This document shows positions 51,333-62,366 of a DNA stretch of 64,000 nucleotides, piece by piece; within the stretch, counting starts at the first letter, position 1; each line of letters opens with the position of its first letter. This DNA comes from Glaciecola sp. (lineage in GTDB: Bacteria; Pseudomonadota; Gammaproteobacteria; Enterobacterales; Alteromonadaceae). The notes below the pieces were generated by a model that was not told where the DNA came from, did not search any database, and saw only the letters and a list, made by a program, of their open reading frames with translations. Location: assembly GCA_040514355.1 (NCBI GenBank), contig JBEVCF010000042.1, positions 5,200-69,199 on the forward strand. Direction: 5' to 3'. A program made the translations under genes and the position numbers.

Positions 51333-53777
51333 ATGCGTCTGATCCATATTATAACAGGCTGCACCCTACTTTTTAGCGCTTTGGTTGTGAATGCCGATGC
51401 CATCCGTCAAACCAAAGGCGATTTTGAAGACAAATTCCGCCAGTTAGACGAGGTTTTACCCACCCCCAATGTCTACCGCAACGCTGCAGGCGAGCCGGGT
51501 CATGAATATTGGCAACAACGGGTCGACTACACCATCGCTGCCCGCCTGTTAGAAGATCAGCGTCGCATCGAAGCCACACAAGACATAACCTATTTTAACA
51601 ACTCACCCGATACCCTCAAATATCTATGGGTACAGCTCGATCAGAACAAATTCAAAGACGATTCGATGTCGAGCTTGACCACGACCTTTGGCGGCATTGG
51701 CAGCCGTGGGCCTGCAACTCAAGCCGCTGCAGATGACAAACCTGCGCAAATCTCACTCGCCGCGCTCCGTCGTCAGCATTTTATGGACGACAATGAACTT
51801 GGTTATACCATTTCACGGGTCGTCGATGGCTTGGGAAACCCCCTCAACTTCACGATTGTGGGGACATTGATGCGGGTCGATTTAACCCAGCCACTCGCCT
51901 CAGGTGAGCGCGTCCGATTTACCATTGATTTTGCGTTTAATATTGTCGAAGAAGACGCGGTGTCTGCACGTGCTGGTTACGAGCATTTCCCAGATGATGC
52001 ACGCGAAGGTGGTAATGATATTTTCCTGCTCGCGCAGTGGTTTCCGCGCTTAGCCGCGTATACCGATTATGAAGCGTGGACCAACAAAGAATTTATCGGG
52101 CGCGGTGAATTCACTCTGGAATTTGGGGACTATGATGTGTCCTTGACGGTACCTGCCGACCATATTGTGTCCTCTACAGGGGTTTTACAAAACCCAGAGG
52201 AGGTCCTCACTCCACTGCAACGCCAACGCCTCAATCAAGCAAAAAATGCCGATCGCATAGTATTCATTGTGACCGAAGAAGAAGCCTTAGAAAACGAACA
52301 AACCGGCACGACAGAGACCAAAACATGGCGTTTTAAAGCTGAAAATGTTCGTGATTTTGCTTGGGCGAGCTCGCGCAAATTCATGTGGGACGCACGCGGT
52401 TACCAGCAAGGTGGGGCAGATATGCCGCTGGTCATGGCGATGTCCTTCTATCCCAAAGAAGGGGGCGATTTATGGAAAAAGTATTCCACCGAGTCGATTA
52501 TTCACACCATGGAAGTCTACTCGCGCTTCTCTTTTGACTATCCTTATCCTGTGGCGCAATCAGTCAATGGTCCAGTGGGTGGTATGGAATACCCAATGAT
52601 CACTTTCAATGGTCCTCGCACAGAATTACAAGAAGACGGAACCCGCACCTATTCTCAAGCGGAAAAACGCTTTTTAATCGGCGTGGTTATTCATGAAATA
52701 GGACACATCTACTTCCCGATGATCGTCAACTCTGATGAGCGTCAGTGGACATGGATGGATGAAGGTTTAAACAGCTTTTTGGACGGCGTTGCAGGTCGCG
52801 AATGGGATCCGAGTATTCCATGGGGAGTCGAGCCTCGCGATATTACCGGTTATATGAAATCGGAGGTCCAAGTCCCGATCATGACCCAGTCTGATTCGGT
52901 CTTGCGCCTAGGGCCTAATGCCTACACCAAACCAGCTGCCGCTTTGAACATCCTGCGTGAAACCATTCTAGGTCGTGAGTTATTTGATTTTGCTTTCAAA
53001 GAATATGCGACTCGCTGGAAGTACAAACGCCCAACACCAGCGGATTTCTTCCGCACCATGGAAGAAGCATCGGGCGTCGATTTGGATTGGTTTTGGCGAG
53101 GTTGGTTTTATTCTACGGACCATGTCGATATTAGCCTAGACCGCGTATTTAAATTGCGTCTTGATACCGAAGATCCCGATATTGATTTTGCCCGTGAGCG
53201 TCAAGCAGAGCTTGATAAGCCTCAGTCGTTAACCGATGAGCGCAACCGCGCCGAAGGCAAGCGTTTGTGGGTCGAACGTTTTCCTGACATTACTGACTTT
53301 TATGACGAGAACGACCGCTTTACCGTCACCAACAAAGAGCGCAACGCTTATCAGTCTTATTTAGATGACTTAAAACCGTGGGAACGCAAAGCGCTAGAGC
53401 GCGCTGTTGCAGAAGATAAAAACTACTACGTCATGGAATTTTCCAATATTGGCGGCTTGGTCATGCCTATCATCCTTGAATTAAACTTTGCTGATGGCAC
53501 AACGCAAATGCAACGCATTCCCGCTGAAATTTGGCGTCGCACTCCCAAAGCAGTCTCCAAGTTGATTGTCACTGACAAGGATAAAGAGCTGGTGAGTGTT
53601 ACGGTTGATCCGCGTTGGGAAACAGCAGATGTGGATGTACACAACAATCACTATCCACGTCAAATCATTCCTTCTCGCATTGAGTCATATAAATCGAAAA
53701 AACGCGCTGGCAAAGTCTATCGCGACATTATGCAAGACAGCAAAACTGAGCTCAAAACGCAAGGAGATAACGAGTAA
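51333..53777 (+). CDS. Exported M1-family zinc aminopeptidase
   Basis: Signal peptide, GGMEYP, HEIGH followed by WMDEGLN. Confidence 0.9.
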   Translation: MRLIHIITGCTLLFSALVVNADAIRQTKGDFEDKFRQLDEVLPTPNVYRNAAGEPGHEYWQQRVDYTIAARLLEDQRRIEATQDITYFNNSPDTLKYLWVQLDQNKFKDDSMSSLTTTFGGIGSRGPATQAAADDKPAQISLAALRRQHFMDDNELGYTISRVVDGLGNPLNFTIVGTLMRVDLTQPLASGERVRFTIDFAFNIVEEDAVSARAGYEHFPDDAREGGNDIFLLAQWFPRLAAYTDYEAWTNKEFIGRGEFTLEFGDYDVSLTVPADHIVSSTGVLQNPEEVLTPLQRQRLNQAKNADRIVFIVTEEEALENEQTGTTETKTWRFKAENVRDFAWASSRKFMWDARGYQQGGADMPLVMAMSFYPKEGGDLWKKYSTESIIHTMEVYSRFSFDYPYPVAQSVNGPVGGMEYPMITFNGPRTELQEDGTRTYSQAEKRFLIGVVIHEIGHIYFPMIVNSDERQWTWMDEGLNSFLDGVAGREWDPSIPWGVEPRDITGYMKSEVQVPIMTQSDSVLRLGPNAYTKPAAALNILRETILGRELFDFAFKEYATRWKYKRPTPADFFRTMEEASGVDLDWFWRGWFYSTDHVDISLDRVFKLRLDTEDPDIDFARERQAELDKPQSLTDERNRAEGKRLWVERFPDITDFYDENDRFTVTNKERNAYQSYLDDLKPWERKALERAVAEDKNYYVMEFSNIGGLVMPIILELNFADGTTQMQRIPAEIWRRTPKAVSKLIVTDKDKELVSVTVDPRWETADVDVHNNHYPRQIIPSRIESYKSKKRAGKVYRDIMQDSKTELKTQGDNE

Positions 53778-53779
53778 TC

Positions 53780-54307
53780 ATGGCTATGTATCGATTGATT
53801 TTAGCCCTGTGCACTGTTGTTTTGAGTGGGTTGCTAGTCGGACCCCCCTCTTTCGCGCACCAACAAAAAGAGGGTTTGACCACGGTGTACTTCAATCCTC
53901 GCACTCAGCATATCGAAGTCATGCACCGTATCTACATGCATGACGCCGAGCACGCGGTCAAAACCTTATTTGATAAACAAGCTGATATTCTCAAAGACCC
54001 TTTGACACAGGAGACTTTTGCGCGTTATGTCAGTGACAATTTCTCATTAACACGCGTATTAGATAGTGCAAATAATCTTAGTGAAACGTTGCCATTAGAC
54101 ACGGTGGGCTATGAAGTCGAAGGTCGATTTTTTTGGGTCTATCAAGAGACACCTAAACCTGCAGAATTAGGTGTATTGCGTGTCTCCCATGATGTGCTTC
54201 GCGATATTTGGCCAGAGCAAACCAACCTGATTAACTTCGAAGGCCTCGGGGCGGTGCGCTCGCTCACCTTTGCCGAAAACGTGTCACTTTTGGAAGTTGC
54301 ATTTTAG
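53780..54307 (+). CDS. Exported protein, DUF6702-like
   Basis: Signal peptide ending SFA-H, IEVMHRIYMHDAEHA, GYEVEGRFFWVYQE; coupled to the M1 peptidase gene. Confidence 0.7.
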   Translation: MAMYRLILALCTVVLSGLLVGPPSFAHQQKEGLTTVYFNPRTQHIEVMHRIYMHDAEHAVKTLFDKQADILKDPLTQETFARYVSDNFSLTRVLDSANNLSETLPLDTVGYEVEGRFFWVYQETPKPAELGVLRVSHDVLRDIWPEQTNLINFEGLGAVRSLTFAENVSLLEVAF

Positions 54308-54609
54308 TAAGGTTGTGCCATTGAAAAAGGCATCGCCATCGCCGCCGACTGTTTAGGTGGATTGCCAATCATTTCATCGTAAGGCGAGTCGTGTACCATT
54401 ACGGCTTGCTTGACTTGATATTCACCAAACACATCGCGAATGTGCTGAGAACTATGAAAACGCATGATGTTATCGTTTTTGTCATAGACAAAACCGCTCT
54501 CATCTGCGATCGTCAATTTAACCAAATACACGTTCACTTCAAAAGATTGCACTTCTAAATATTCGATAATCGTAGAGTCAGGATTGAGTTGCGCTAGCGT
54601 GAATTTCAT
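54304..54609 (-). CDS. DUF6482-like protein
   Basis: SFE..VYLV and HDSPYDEMIG motifs. Confidence 0.7.
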   Translation of the reverse strand: MKFTLAQLNPDSTIIEYLEVQSFEVNVYLVKLTIADESGFVYDKNDNIMRFHSSQHIRDVFGEYQVKQAVMVHDSPYDEMIGNPPKQSAAMAMPFSMAQPY

Positions 54610-54778
54610 CGTATTTTCCGTTTTGTAAGATATCCTTTGTACCCATTGGAGGCCGAATGAGATCCCCCTTCAACAAAAAAAGACCATAACAAGAGATTTT
54701 ACGGAACTTGATCGTGTAGAATGTACCTATATAGTGTAACAACAATACTAAGATAAATGTTGGAAGTATAATCAGCAC

Positions 54779-55678
54779 ATGACTCACACCTCAGACCGTT
54801 CATCCACCGCGCCATTCATCATTGTCGTTATTGCTTTAATCGTTATTTTGGCAGCCGTTTTTTTATGGCCAAAACCTGAGCCAGAAGTAGCCATTCAACC
54901 CGTTCCCGTTGCGCTTCCAACACCCGTGCTTGAAACCGTCACTGAAACGCCCCCCACAGAAGTGTCTGTACCGCCTTTTGAGGAAGAGACGTTCTCTGTT
55001 GCTGAACCTATTGCCAATGCAGAAGTATCTGAATTAAGCGAAACCACAGAGGCATTTATCGCTCCTGTTGAGGTCATTGAGCCGGAGCCGACTCCACTAG
55101 ATGTGTCAGACCATGCGGTCAAGCAGACTATCCTAACGCTGACAAAGGTACCCGTGCTGAGCACCCTGATTGTAAATGAAGGTATTTTGGATAAAGTTGT
55201 CGCGACGATACTCAATACAGCTGAAGGCAAACTCTCGGCTAATAGTGCAGTAGCCATCGCCCCTAAAGCAAACTTCTCAACCTTCAAACAAGCTGGTAAG
55301 CTCTACATTGAGCCCGCTTCTTTTACTCGTTACAACGTTTATGCTCAAACCTTTGCGGACATTGATAATGACGATATATTGGCGTTGTTAGCACAATATA
55401 AAGACCAGTTACGCGAAAAATTTTCCGAAATTGCACCACCTGATCGTAATTTTGATACCACACTCATCGACGCCATCAACGAATTACTCGATACACCGAT
55501 CGTCAAATTACCTATTGAAGTGTCAACCAATCGCGCGATGTATCAATACGCCAATCCACAATTAGAGGCTCTCAGTCCAGCACAAAAACAACTCCTGCGG
55601 ATGGGACCATACAATGTGCGCTTGGTAAAACGCAAACTTCGTGAATTACGTGGTGCCCTGAACGACCGTGCTGGATAA
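54779..55678 (+). CDS. DUF3014 family membrane-anchored protein
   Basis: N-terminal TM, Pro/Glu-rich linker, RYNVY, YQYANPQLEALSPAQKQLLRMGP.N. Confidence 0.85.
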   Translation: MTHTSDRSSTAPFIIVVIALIVILAAVFLWPKPEPEVAIQPVPVALPTPVLETVTETPPTEVSVPPFEEETFSVAEPIANAEVSELSETTEAFIAPVEVIEPEPTPLDVSDHAVKQTILTLTKVPVLSTLIVNEGILDKVVATILNTAEGKLSANSAVAIAPKANFSTFKQAGKLYIEPASFTRYNVYAQTFADIDNDDILALLAQYKDQLREKFSEIAPPDRNFDTTLIDAINELLDTPIVKLPIEVSTNRAMYQYANPQLEALSPAQKQLLRMGPYNVRLVKRKLRELRGALNDRAG

Positions 55679-56201
55679 ATTACAACAACGTATAGCGGAA
55701 ACTACCGATACTCACAACGCTGTGTTGCAATGGGATCCTCCTTTTTGCGGTGATATCCCCTTACACATTGACCACAAAGGGCAGTGGCATTATGCTGGCA
55801 CACCATTTACGCGCCAGCGCTTAGTTAATCTATTCGCCCGCATATTACGTTGTGATAATAACCAATACTTCCTCGTTACTCCTGTTGAAAAAGTGGGGAT
55901 CACGGTTGCAGATGTGCCCTTGATCATCACGCAATGGAGTTGGTTAGACGATAGCGCTGAACGTTGTATTCAATGCACCACTGCGACAAACGATGTATTT
56001 TGCCTGGATGCAGATCACCCCATGACACTACGCATCGATCCTCAACAGGCACTCCCGCTGCCCTATATTAAAGTGCGCCATAACCTCTGGGCTAAACTGC
56101 ATCAAAATGTTTATTATCAGTGGATTGAAGCAGCACAGGAACATCAAGGTAGCTTATGGCTACATTCGGGTGGTCATCGTTTCAAGCTAGGTGAATTATA
56201 A
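55668..56201 (+). CDS. DUF1285 family protein
   Basis: WDPPFCGDI...I...GQWHY.G, YFLVTPVEKVGI.V.DVP. Confidence 0.88.
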   Translation: MLDKLQQRIAETTDTHNAVLQWDPPFCGDIPLHIDHKGQWHYAGTPFTRQRLVNLFARILRCDNNQYFLVTPVEKVGITVADVPLIITQWSWLDDSAERCIQCTTATNDVFCLDADHPMTLRIDPQQALPLPYIKVRHNLWAKLHQNVYYQWIEAAQEHQGSLWLHSGGHRFKLGEL

Positions 56202-56264
56202 ATTTTTGCCTTTATTGTAATTTTCGCTTACAGTATTTTTCCCTACGAAAATAAGTATAAGTCT

Positions 56265-57551
56265 ATGAAAAAGTCATTATTATTGCTTTCCCTATGTACC
56301 GCGCTAGTTTCTCAATCCACGCTAGCTGATACCTATATCCACGCAGGCAAACTCATCACAGGCCAAGATCAAAAAGTGCATGAGCAAATGACCATTATCG
56401 TGGTCGATAACAAAATCACCGACGTGAAAAAAGGCTTTGTCAAAGGCGAGGCAGACGATACTCATATCGATTTATCCGAGCATACGGTCATGCCTGGCTT
56501 GATGGATATGCACACGCATCTTTCATTTCAACACGGTGGGCCAAGCACTTATATGCAGCGCTTTACATGGAATGAGGCTGACTATGCGCTGACCGCTGCA
56601 AACTATGCAGAGAAGACACTTATGGCCGGCTTTACTACCGTGCGTAACCTCGGTGATGCGTATAACGAAACGGTAGCATTACGCAACGCAATCAGACAAG
56701 GCAAGCATGTAGGTCCTCGTATTTATACAACAGCCAAGTCTATTGCGACTACAGGGGGTCATGCCGACCCGAGCAACGGTATGACCAAGCATTTGATGGG
56801 CGACCCCACAGCCAAAGAGGGGGTCGTTAACGGTGTTGCAGAAGCACGAAAAGCCGTGCGTCAACGCTATAAAGACGGGGCAGATTTGATCAAAATCACC
56901 GCAACAGGCGGTGTATTATCAGTCGCCAAATCAGGACAAAATCCGCAGTTTATGACTGATGAGCTGGAAGCCATTGTCGAAACCGCACGAGATTACGGTA
57001 TGACGGTCGCTGTTCATGCCCATGGTAAAGAGGGCATGATCCGTGCTATCAAAGCAGGCGTTGATTCTATTGAGCACGGCACATACATGGATGATGAAGT
57101 CATGGCACTGATGAAAGAGTACGGTACCTATTACGTCCCAACGATCATCGCAGGTAATTTCGTCGCTGAAAAAGCCAAGATTGATGGGTATTTCCCCGCT
57201 ATCGTACGTCCCAAAGCTGCAGCTATTGGTCCTTTAATCAAAAACACCTTCAGTCGCGCGTATAAAGCAGGGGTTAATATCGCTTTTGGTACAGACTCAG
57301 GTGTGTCTCCTCACGGTGATAATGGTGAAGAATTCCGCCATATGGTAGAGGCGGGGATGCCTATCATGGAAGCCATCCTCTCTGCCACGAAACATACAGC
57401 TGATTTACTCGATATTGCCGATATATTAGGCAGTATTGAAGTGGGTAAACTCGCGGATATTATCGCGGTGGATGGCGACCCCCGTGAGGACGTAAACGTC
57501 ATGCAGCGCGTCTCATTTGTGATGAAAGACGGCGTGGTTTATAAGCAATAA
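56265..57551 (+). CDS. Exported metal-dependent amidohydrolase (Xaa-Pro dipeptidase-like)
   Basis: Signal peptide, [31 protein letters not shown]. Confidence 0.88.
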   Translation: MKKSLLLLSLCTALVSQSTLADTYIHAGKLITGQDQKVHEQMTIIVVDNKITDVKKGFVKGEADDTHIDLSEHTVMPGLMDMHTHLSFQHGGPSTYMQRFTWNEADYALTAANYAEKTLMAGFTTVRNLGDAYNETVALRNAIRQGKHVGPRIYTTAKSIATTGGHADPSNGMTKHLMGDPTAKEGVVNGVAEARKAVRQRYKDGADLIKITATGGVLSVAKSGQNPQFMTDELEAIVETARDYGMTVAVHAHGKEGMIRAIKAGVDSIEHGTYMDDEVMALMKEYGTYYVPTIIAGNFVAEKAKIDGYFPAIVRPKAAAIGPLIKNTFSRAYKAGVNIAFGTDSGVSPHGDNGEEFRHMVEAGMPIMEAILSATKHTADLLDIADILGSIEVGKLADIIAVDGDPREDVNVMQRVSFVMKDGVVYKQ

Positions 57552-57637
57552 ACCAACACAAGTTTACATCATCATGTTGCAGCTGAAATCATGCTGTACC
57601 ATACCTGTTTAGCGCTTGGGGACAACAACAAAAGCAC

Positions 57638-58228
57638 ATGATTAAACAGCTGAGAAGGAAGGCCAAAGGTTGGGTAGGTTCACCTCATTTACTACCTTGG
57701 ATCACACTTGCGTCGTTTTTGGAATCGATCATTGTACCCATTCCCATCGAAACTTTACTTATTCCATTATCCCAGCTTCGTCGTGACCGCATTTGGCACA
57801 TTGCTACGCTAGCGACATTGGGTTGTATTTTGGGTGCATTAGTGGCTTACAGTGTGGGTTACTGGATAGTTGCCCAATTTGAAACGAACATTATCAACTG
57901 GTTTGGCGACCCCCAAACCTATCAAACTATCATCGAGCGTATGAATGAGGAAGGATTTTGGTTTATCGTACTTGCAGGTATAGCACCGATACCACTCCAA
58001 CTAGCGATGCTTGCGGCGGGAGCGACAGCTTATCCTGTAGGATGGTTTGTGGTGGCAATCGCCATCTCACGCATATTGCGATATTTTGGGATCGCGTATT
58101 TAGTCTATGCTTTTGGCGATCGCGCTGAAATGCTATTACGCCAATATAAAATGAAAGCAGTATTGGCATTATCCGCTATTATTATTACTATCTGGCTAAC
58201 CCTGCATTTTTTGCTAACAACCACTTAA
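57638..58228 (+). CDS. YqaA/DedA (VTT domain) membrane protein
   Basis: SFLESIIVPIP.E, PIP.QL..LAAG, SR.LRYF. Confidence 0.85.
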   Translation: MIKQLRRKAKGWVGSPHLLPWITLASFLESIIVPIPIETLLIPLSQLRRDRIWHIATLATLGCILGALVAYSVGYWIVAQFETNIINWFGDPQTYQTIIERMNEEGFWFIVLAGIAPIPLQLAMLAAGATAYPVGWFVVAIAISRILRYFGIAYLVYAFGDRAEMLLRQYKMKAVLALSAIIITIWLTLHFLLTTT

Positions 58229-58287
58229 TGCCCCAAACTAGATAAGATTCGTGGCGTTACTCATTAAAATCAAAACAAGGAATTGCT

Positions 58288-59064
58288 ATGAAACTCACAA
58301 AAGCGCTGTTATCTGCATCATTAACCGCCTGTTTATGCATAGGACAAACATGGGCTCATGAGCACGATGCGCATTCACATGCACTTGCCGATAAAGTAAC
58401 AGCGGCACAAAATGCTGAGGGACGTCCAGCCGCCGATAAGGCCCGTGATAAAAATCGCAAACCTATCCAGACACTGACATTCTTTGGCTTACAACCAGAT
58501 ATGAAAGTTGTCGAATTGATCCCCGGTGGTGGATGGTACACACGGCTCCTTGCACCTGTACTGGCCGAACAAGGCGAGTATTTTGCGGCCATTGGCACCT
58601 CACGCATTGAGCGCAGTTTAGTGGGGCAACCTGGTTTTGAAAATATCCAAATCACCGCCAAAGACGCGCGTCTTTCTCGTGAGCCTGGCGCGCGTTTTTA
58701 TAGTCTAGAATTGGACGCATTAGGGGTCACTGACGCGGACATGGTTTTGACCTTTCGCAACTACCACAACTTTGATGACGCTGGGCGCAAGGCAATGAAT
58801 GATGCTGCATTTGCCGCACTTAAATCAGGTGGGATTTACGCCGTTGTTGACCACACAGCCCGTCACATGGAGCCGTATACACCAAGTAATCGCCGTCGTT
58901 TTGATCCGGTCAAAGCCATCAAAGAAATTCAAGCAGCCGGTTTTGAGTTAGTGGATTATTCTGACTTACACTATCGTGAAGACGATGAGCTTGAATATGA
59001 AGTAGGGGCACGCTCTGTGTCAGGTAACACCGACCGCTTCACGTTGAAATTTAAAAAGCCATAA
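58288..59064 (+). CDS. Exported class I SAM-methyltransferase-fold protein (COG4798-like)
   Basis: Signal peptide, RD..RKP..TL.FFG, VELIPGGGWYT, TFRNYHN, LKSGG...VVDH, DRFTLKF.KP. Confidence 0.82.
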   Translation: MKLTKALLSASLTACLCIGQTWAHEHDAHSHALADKVTAAQNAEGRPAADKARDKNRKPIQTLTFFGLQPDMKVVELIPGGGWYTRLLAPVLAEQGEYFAAIGTSRIERSLVGQPGFENIQITAKDARLSREPGARFYSLELDALGVTDADMVLTFRNYHNFDDAGRKAMNDAAFAALKSGGIYAVVDHTARHMEPYTPSNRRRFDPVKAIKEIQAAGFELVDYSDLHYREDDELEYEVGARSVSGNTDRFTLKFKKP

Positions 59065-59107
59065 AGCATATCTCAATCCCATTAAGGGTTGGGTGAGGCA
59101 CCGATAC

Positions 59108-59143
59108 AAAAAAGCCACCGCAAAGTATCTTGCAGTGGCTTTT
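59108..59143. terminator. Bidirectional terminator (methyltransferase / rep)
   Basis: AAAAGCCACCGCAA...TTGCAGTGGCTTTT. Confidence 0.8.
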
Positions 59144-59158
59144 GTGTCTTTACCAATA

Positions 59159-61171
59159 CTACTTTTTCAAGAGATCCCGTAAATTAGCAATCCCCTTCGC
59201 CCCTATTTCCTGTTTTTCTGCCGCCGTTTTCTTCGGTTTTTGAAATTCCCATTGCACATCATCTGCTGGTAATTCATATAAGAAACGACTTGGCTCTGGC
59301 TGAATCACCTCGCCGTATTGACGCCGCTCTCTAGCGACACTAAACGTCAACTCACGCTGGGCGCGAGTAATACCGACATACGCTAAGCGACGCTCTTCAT
59401 CCACATTGTCTTCATCAATACTGGTTTGGTGTGGCAAAATCCCTTCTTCCATTCCCACCATGTAAACGTAGGGAAATTCCAAGCCTTTGGAGGCGTGCAA
59501 GGTCATTAACTGCACTTGATTGCCCTCGGCATCATCCTCACCGCGTTCCATCATATCGCGTAAGATCAGACGATTGACGACCTCAACCAAGGTCATGGGC
59601 GCTTCACCATTGCCCCCTTCGAGCATATCCGTGATCCATTTAAACAAGGTTGAGATATTCGCCATCGATATTTCTGCTGCCTTCGGACTGGCACTGTGCT
59701 CATAAAGCCATTCCTCGTAACCAATGGCTTTGATCATGTCGCGGATCACCGCAACCGTATCACCTCGCACCGCTTGGTCTGATAATTCCACAATCCACCG
59801 GCCAAAGTGACTCACCGCTTGATATGCCTTGCCACTTAACACGCCACTGAGATCAGGATCGACCGCAGCAGCAAACATATTAACGCGCTTTTCATTGGCA
59901 AAGTGACCGAGTTTTTCTAGGGTTGCCCGACCAATGCCTCGATTAGGGGTGTTGATGATCCGCAGCAAAGCATTGTCATCATCTTGGTTCACCAACAAGC
60001 GTAAATACGCCATGATGTCTTTGACTTCGGTACGTCCAAAGAACGACATCCCACCGGTAATTTTGTAAGGGATGCGGTTGGACATTAACAGTTTTTCAAA
60101 GACGCGTGACTGATGATTCCCGCGATACAAAATCGCATAGTCTTTGAATTGGGTATTGTTCATAAACTTATGCGCAATTAATTCGGCCACGACCCGTTCG
60201 CCCTCGTGTTCTTCATTCCGCGCGACAATCACGCGCAGCACTTCCCCGTAAGCAAGCTCGGAGAATAAGGTCTTATCAAAGATATGCGGGTTGTTTTGGA
60301 TCAAAATATTGGCACAGTGCAAAATACGGCGTGATGAACGATAATTTTGCTCTAATTTAATCACTCGAAGCTGAGGAAAATCCTGCTGTAAGAGTTGTAA
60401 ATTCTTTGGCTGCGCCCCGCGCCACGAGTAAATCGATTGGTCATCATCGCCTACCACCGTAAACCGACTGCGCTCACCGACCAGTAACTTCACCAAATCA
60501 TATTGCGAGGTGTTAGTATCTTGATACTCATCCACCAAGAGATAGCGGATTTGACGTTGGATTTTCTCGCGTACGGCTTGGTTTTGCTTTAGTAACAACG
60601 TAGGCAGTAGGATCAAATCATCAAAATCCAGCGCATTGTAGGCTTTTAAATGCGATTGGTATTGCGCGTAGTATTCCGCAAATGCTTTTTCCCCAGGGCT
60701 GTTCGCCTTACCTTTCAGCATCTCAGGTAAAATGAGATCGTTTTTCCAATTTGAAATACAGCTTTGCAGTAAACGCAATTGGTCTTTATCGCCATCATAC
60801 TCAGCTTCCGTCAAATCGTGCAGCAAAGACATCGTATCTTTGTCGTCAAACAAGGAGAAGCCTGGCTTTAAACCTAGCGCAGCAACGTTACTTTTGATGA
60901 TATTCAAACCCAACGTGTGAAAGGTCGAAACTTTCAAACCACGCGCTTCTTGCTTGGTTAAACTCTGACTAACCCGCTCTTTCATCTCTCGTGCGGCTTT
61001 ATTAGTAAACGTCACCGCGGCAATATTGCGTGCAGGCACACCACACTCTCGCACTAAGTAGGCGATCTTGGTCGTAATAACACGGGTTTTGCCACTGCCA
61101 GCACCGGCAAGGACGAGGCAAGGACCGGAGATAAAATCGACGGCAGCTTGCTGAGCGGGATTCATTTTCAT
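59159..61171 (-). CDS. rep: ATP-dependent DNA helicase Rep
   Basis: [39 protein letters not shown]; 670 aa with no UvrD C-terminal tail. Confidence 0.95.
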   Translation of the reverse strand: MKMNPAQQAAVDFISGPCLVLAGAGSGKTRVITTKIAYLVRECGVPARNIAAVTFTNKAAREMKERVSQSLTKQEARGLKVSTFHTLGLNIIKSNVAALGLKPGFSLFDDKDTMSLLHDLTEAEYDGDKDQLRLLQSCISNWKNDLILPEMLKGKANSPGEKAFAEYYAQYQSHLKAYNALDFDDLILLPTLLLKQNQAVREKIQRQIRYLLVDEYQDTNTSQYDLVKLLVGERSRFTVVGDDDQSIYSWRGAQPKNLQLLQQDFPQLRVIKLEQNYRSSRRILHCANILIQNNPHIFDKTLFSELAYGEVLRVIVARNEEHEGERVVAELIAHKFMNNTQFKDYAILYRGNHQSRVFEKLLMSNRIPYKITGGMSFFGRTEVKDIMAYLRLLVNQDDDNALLRIINTPNRGIGRATLEKLGHFANEKRVNMFAAAVDPDLSGVLSGKAYQAVSHFGRWIVELSDQAVRGDTVAVIRDMIKAIGYEEWLYEHSASPKAAEISMANISTLFKWITDMLEGGNGEAPMTLVEVVNRLILRDMMERGEDDAEGNQVQLMTLHASKGLEFPYVYMVGMEEGILPHQTSIDEDNVDEERRLAYVGITRAQRELTFSVARERRQYGEVIQPEPSRFLYELPADDVQWEFQKPKKTAAEKQEIGAKGIANLRDLLKK

Positions 61172-61259
61172 GGTGGTAGTTTACCCAAGGGCTTGTAGAT
61201 AGACAACGCTGTGTCTGAGGTTTATTATATGTATTGTAACCGAATGATGGAGTGAAAAA

Positions 61260-61514
61260 ATGTTAGATCCACAAAAACTGGAACAGTTTGCTAAACAAAT
61301 CACGGATGCGATGCCAGAGGGGATCAAATCCATCGCGCAAGAGACTGAAGACAAGGTTAAGCAAGTCATTCAGGCGCAACTGGCGCGCATGGACATCGTG
61401 ACCCGAGAGGAGTTTGACGTACAAAGCCAAGTGTTACTGCGTACGCGTGAAAAGATTGCTGCACTTGAGGCTCGACTTGACGCTTTAGAGAAACCGCAAG
61501 ACTCAGCTGAATAA
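61260..61514 (+). CDS. ubiK: Ubiquinone biosynthesis accessory factor UbiK
   Basis: MLDPQKLEQ.AKQI, DIVTREEFDVQ.QVLLRTREK. Confidence 0.92.
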   Translation: MLDPQKLEQFAKQITDAMPEGIKSIAQETEDKVKQVIQAQLARMDIVTREEFDVQSQVLLRTREKIAALEARLDALEKPQDSAE

Positions 61515-62366
61515 GCCAAAGTAAAATCCGAGTAGCAGTGTGAAGCCGACCCAATGGTTGGCTTTAAATGCTCTGAAACACTGCGCTTCTTCTCGTTCTT
61601 TTATAAGCCATTGATGCCACGCAAATTGCCCAGTAGCCAACACCAGCGCCACATAAAATCCCCAGCCTAAGTGCAGATCTATCCCGACGGCCAGTACCAA
61701 TACTAATGTTATGATTTGTAATAAGCCGATGTACAACGTGTCGCGCTCACCGAATAAAATAGCAGTGGATTTGATCCCGACTTTTAGATCATCCGCGCGG
61801 TCGACCATCGCATATTGCGTATCATATGCCACCGTCCAACACAGGTTTGCGACAAAGAGTTGCCAGACCCACAATGGAACGTGCTGATTGACCGCCATGC
61901 TTGCCATAGGGATCGCCATACTAAAGGCAGCGCCCAGAACCACTTGTGGTAGTTGCGTATAACGTTTCATAAAAGGATAGGTAGAAGCTAATACCAAGGC
62001 CACCAACGACAAATAAAACGTTTGTAGATTCAGTTGCAACACCAACACCAACGCAATCACTAGTAAGCCAATAAACATACCTAGCGCTTCTTTGGTGCTG
62101 ATCAAACCGCTGACCAAGGGGCGCTGATTGGTTCGACTAACATGTCCATCTACTTTGCGATCGGCAATATCATTAATCACACATCCCGCCGCGCGCATCA
62201 CCATGACGCCCAGTGCAAATACCAAAAACACATCCAGCTCAGGTAAACCCAGAGACGCCAACACTAAGGCCCATAGCGTCGGCCATAACAACAAATAAAT
62301 CCCAATGGGTTTGTCCATCCGCGTCACTAACCAGAACCCTTTGGCTAAACGGCTTACTTCACTCAT
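61503..62366 (-). CDS. ubiA: 4-hydroxybenzoate octaprenyltransferase
   Basis: RMDKPIG..LLLWP, NDIADRKVD, YDTQYAMVDRADD. Confidence 0.96.
   Translation of the reverse strand: MSEVSRLAKGFWLVTRMDKPIGIYLLLWPTLWALVLASLGLPELDVFLVFALGVMVMRAAGCVINDIADRKVDGHVSRTNQRPLVSGLISTKEALGMFIGLLVIALVLVLQLNLQTFYLSLVALVLASTYPFMKRYTQLPQVVLGAAFSMAIPMASMAVNQHVPLWVWQLFVANLCWTVAYDTQYAMVDRADDLKVGIKSTAILFGERDTLYIGLLQIITLVLVLAVGIDLHLGWGFYVALVLATGQFAWHQWLIKEREEAQCFRAFKANHWVGFTLLLGFYFGLFS

Noticed and set aside
54703-54730. Sigma-E-like GGAACTT upstream of DUF3014
   Set aside because: The -10 element at the expected spacing (CCTAT) is a poor match.
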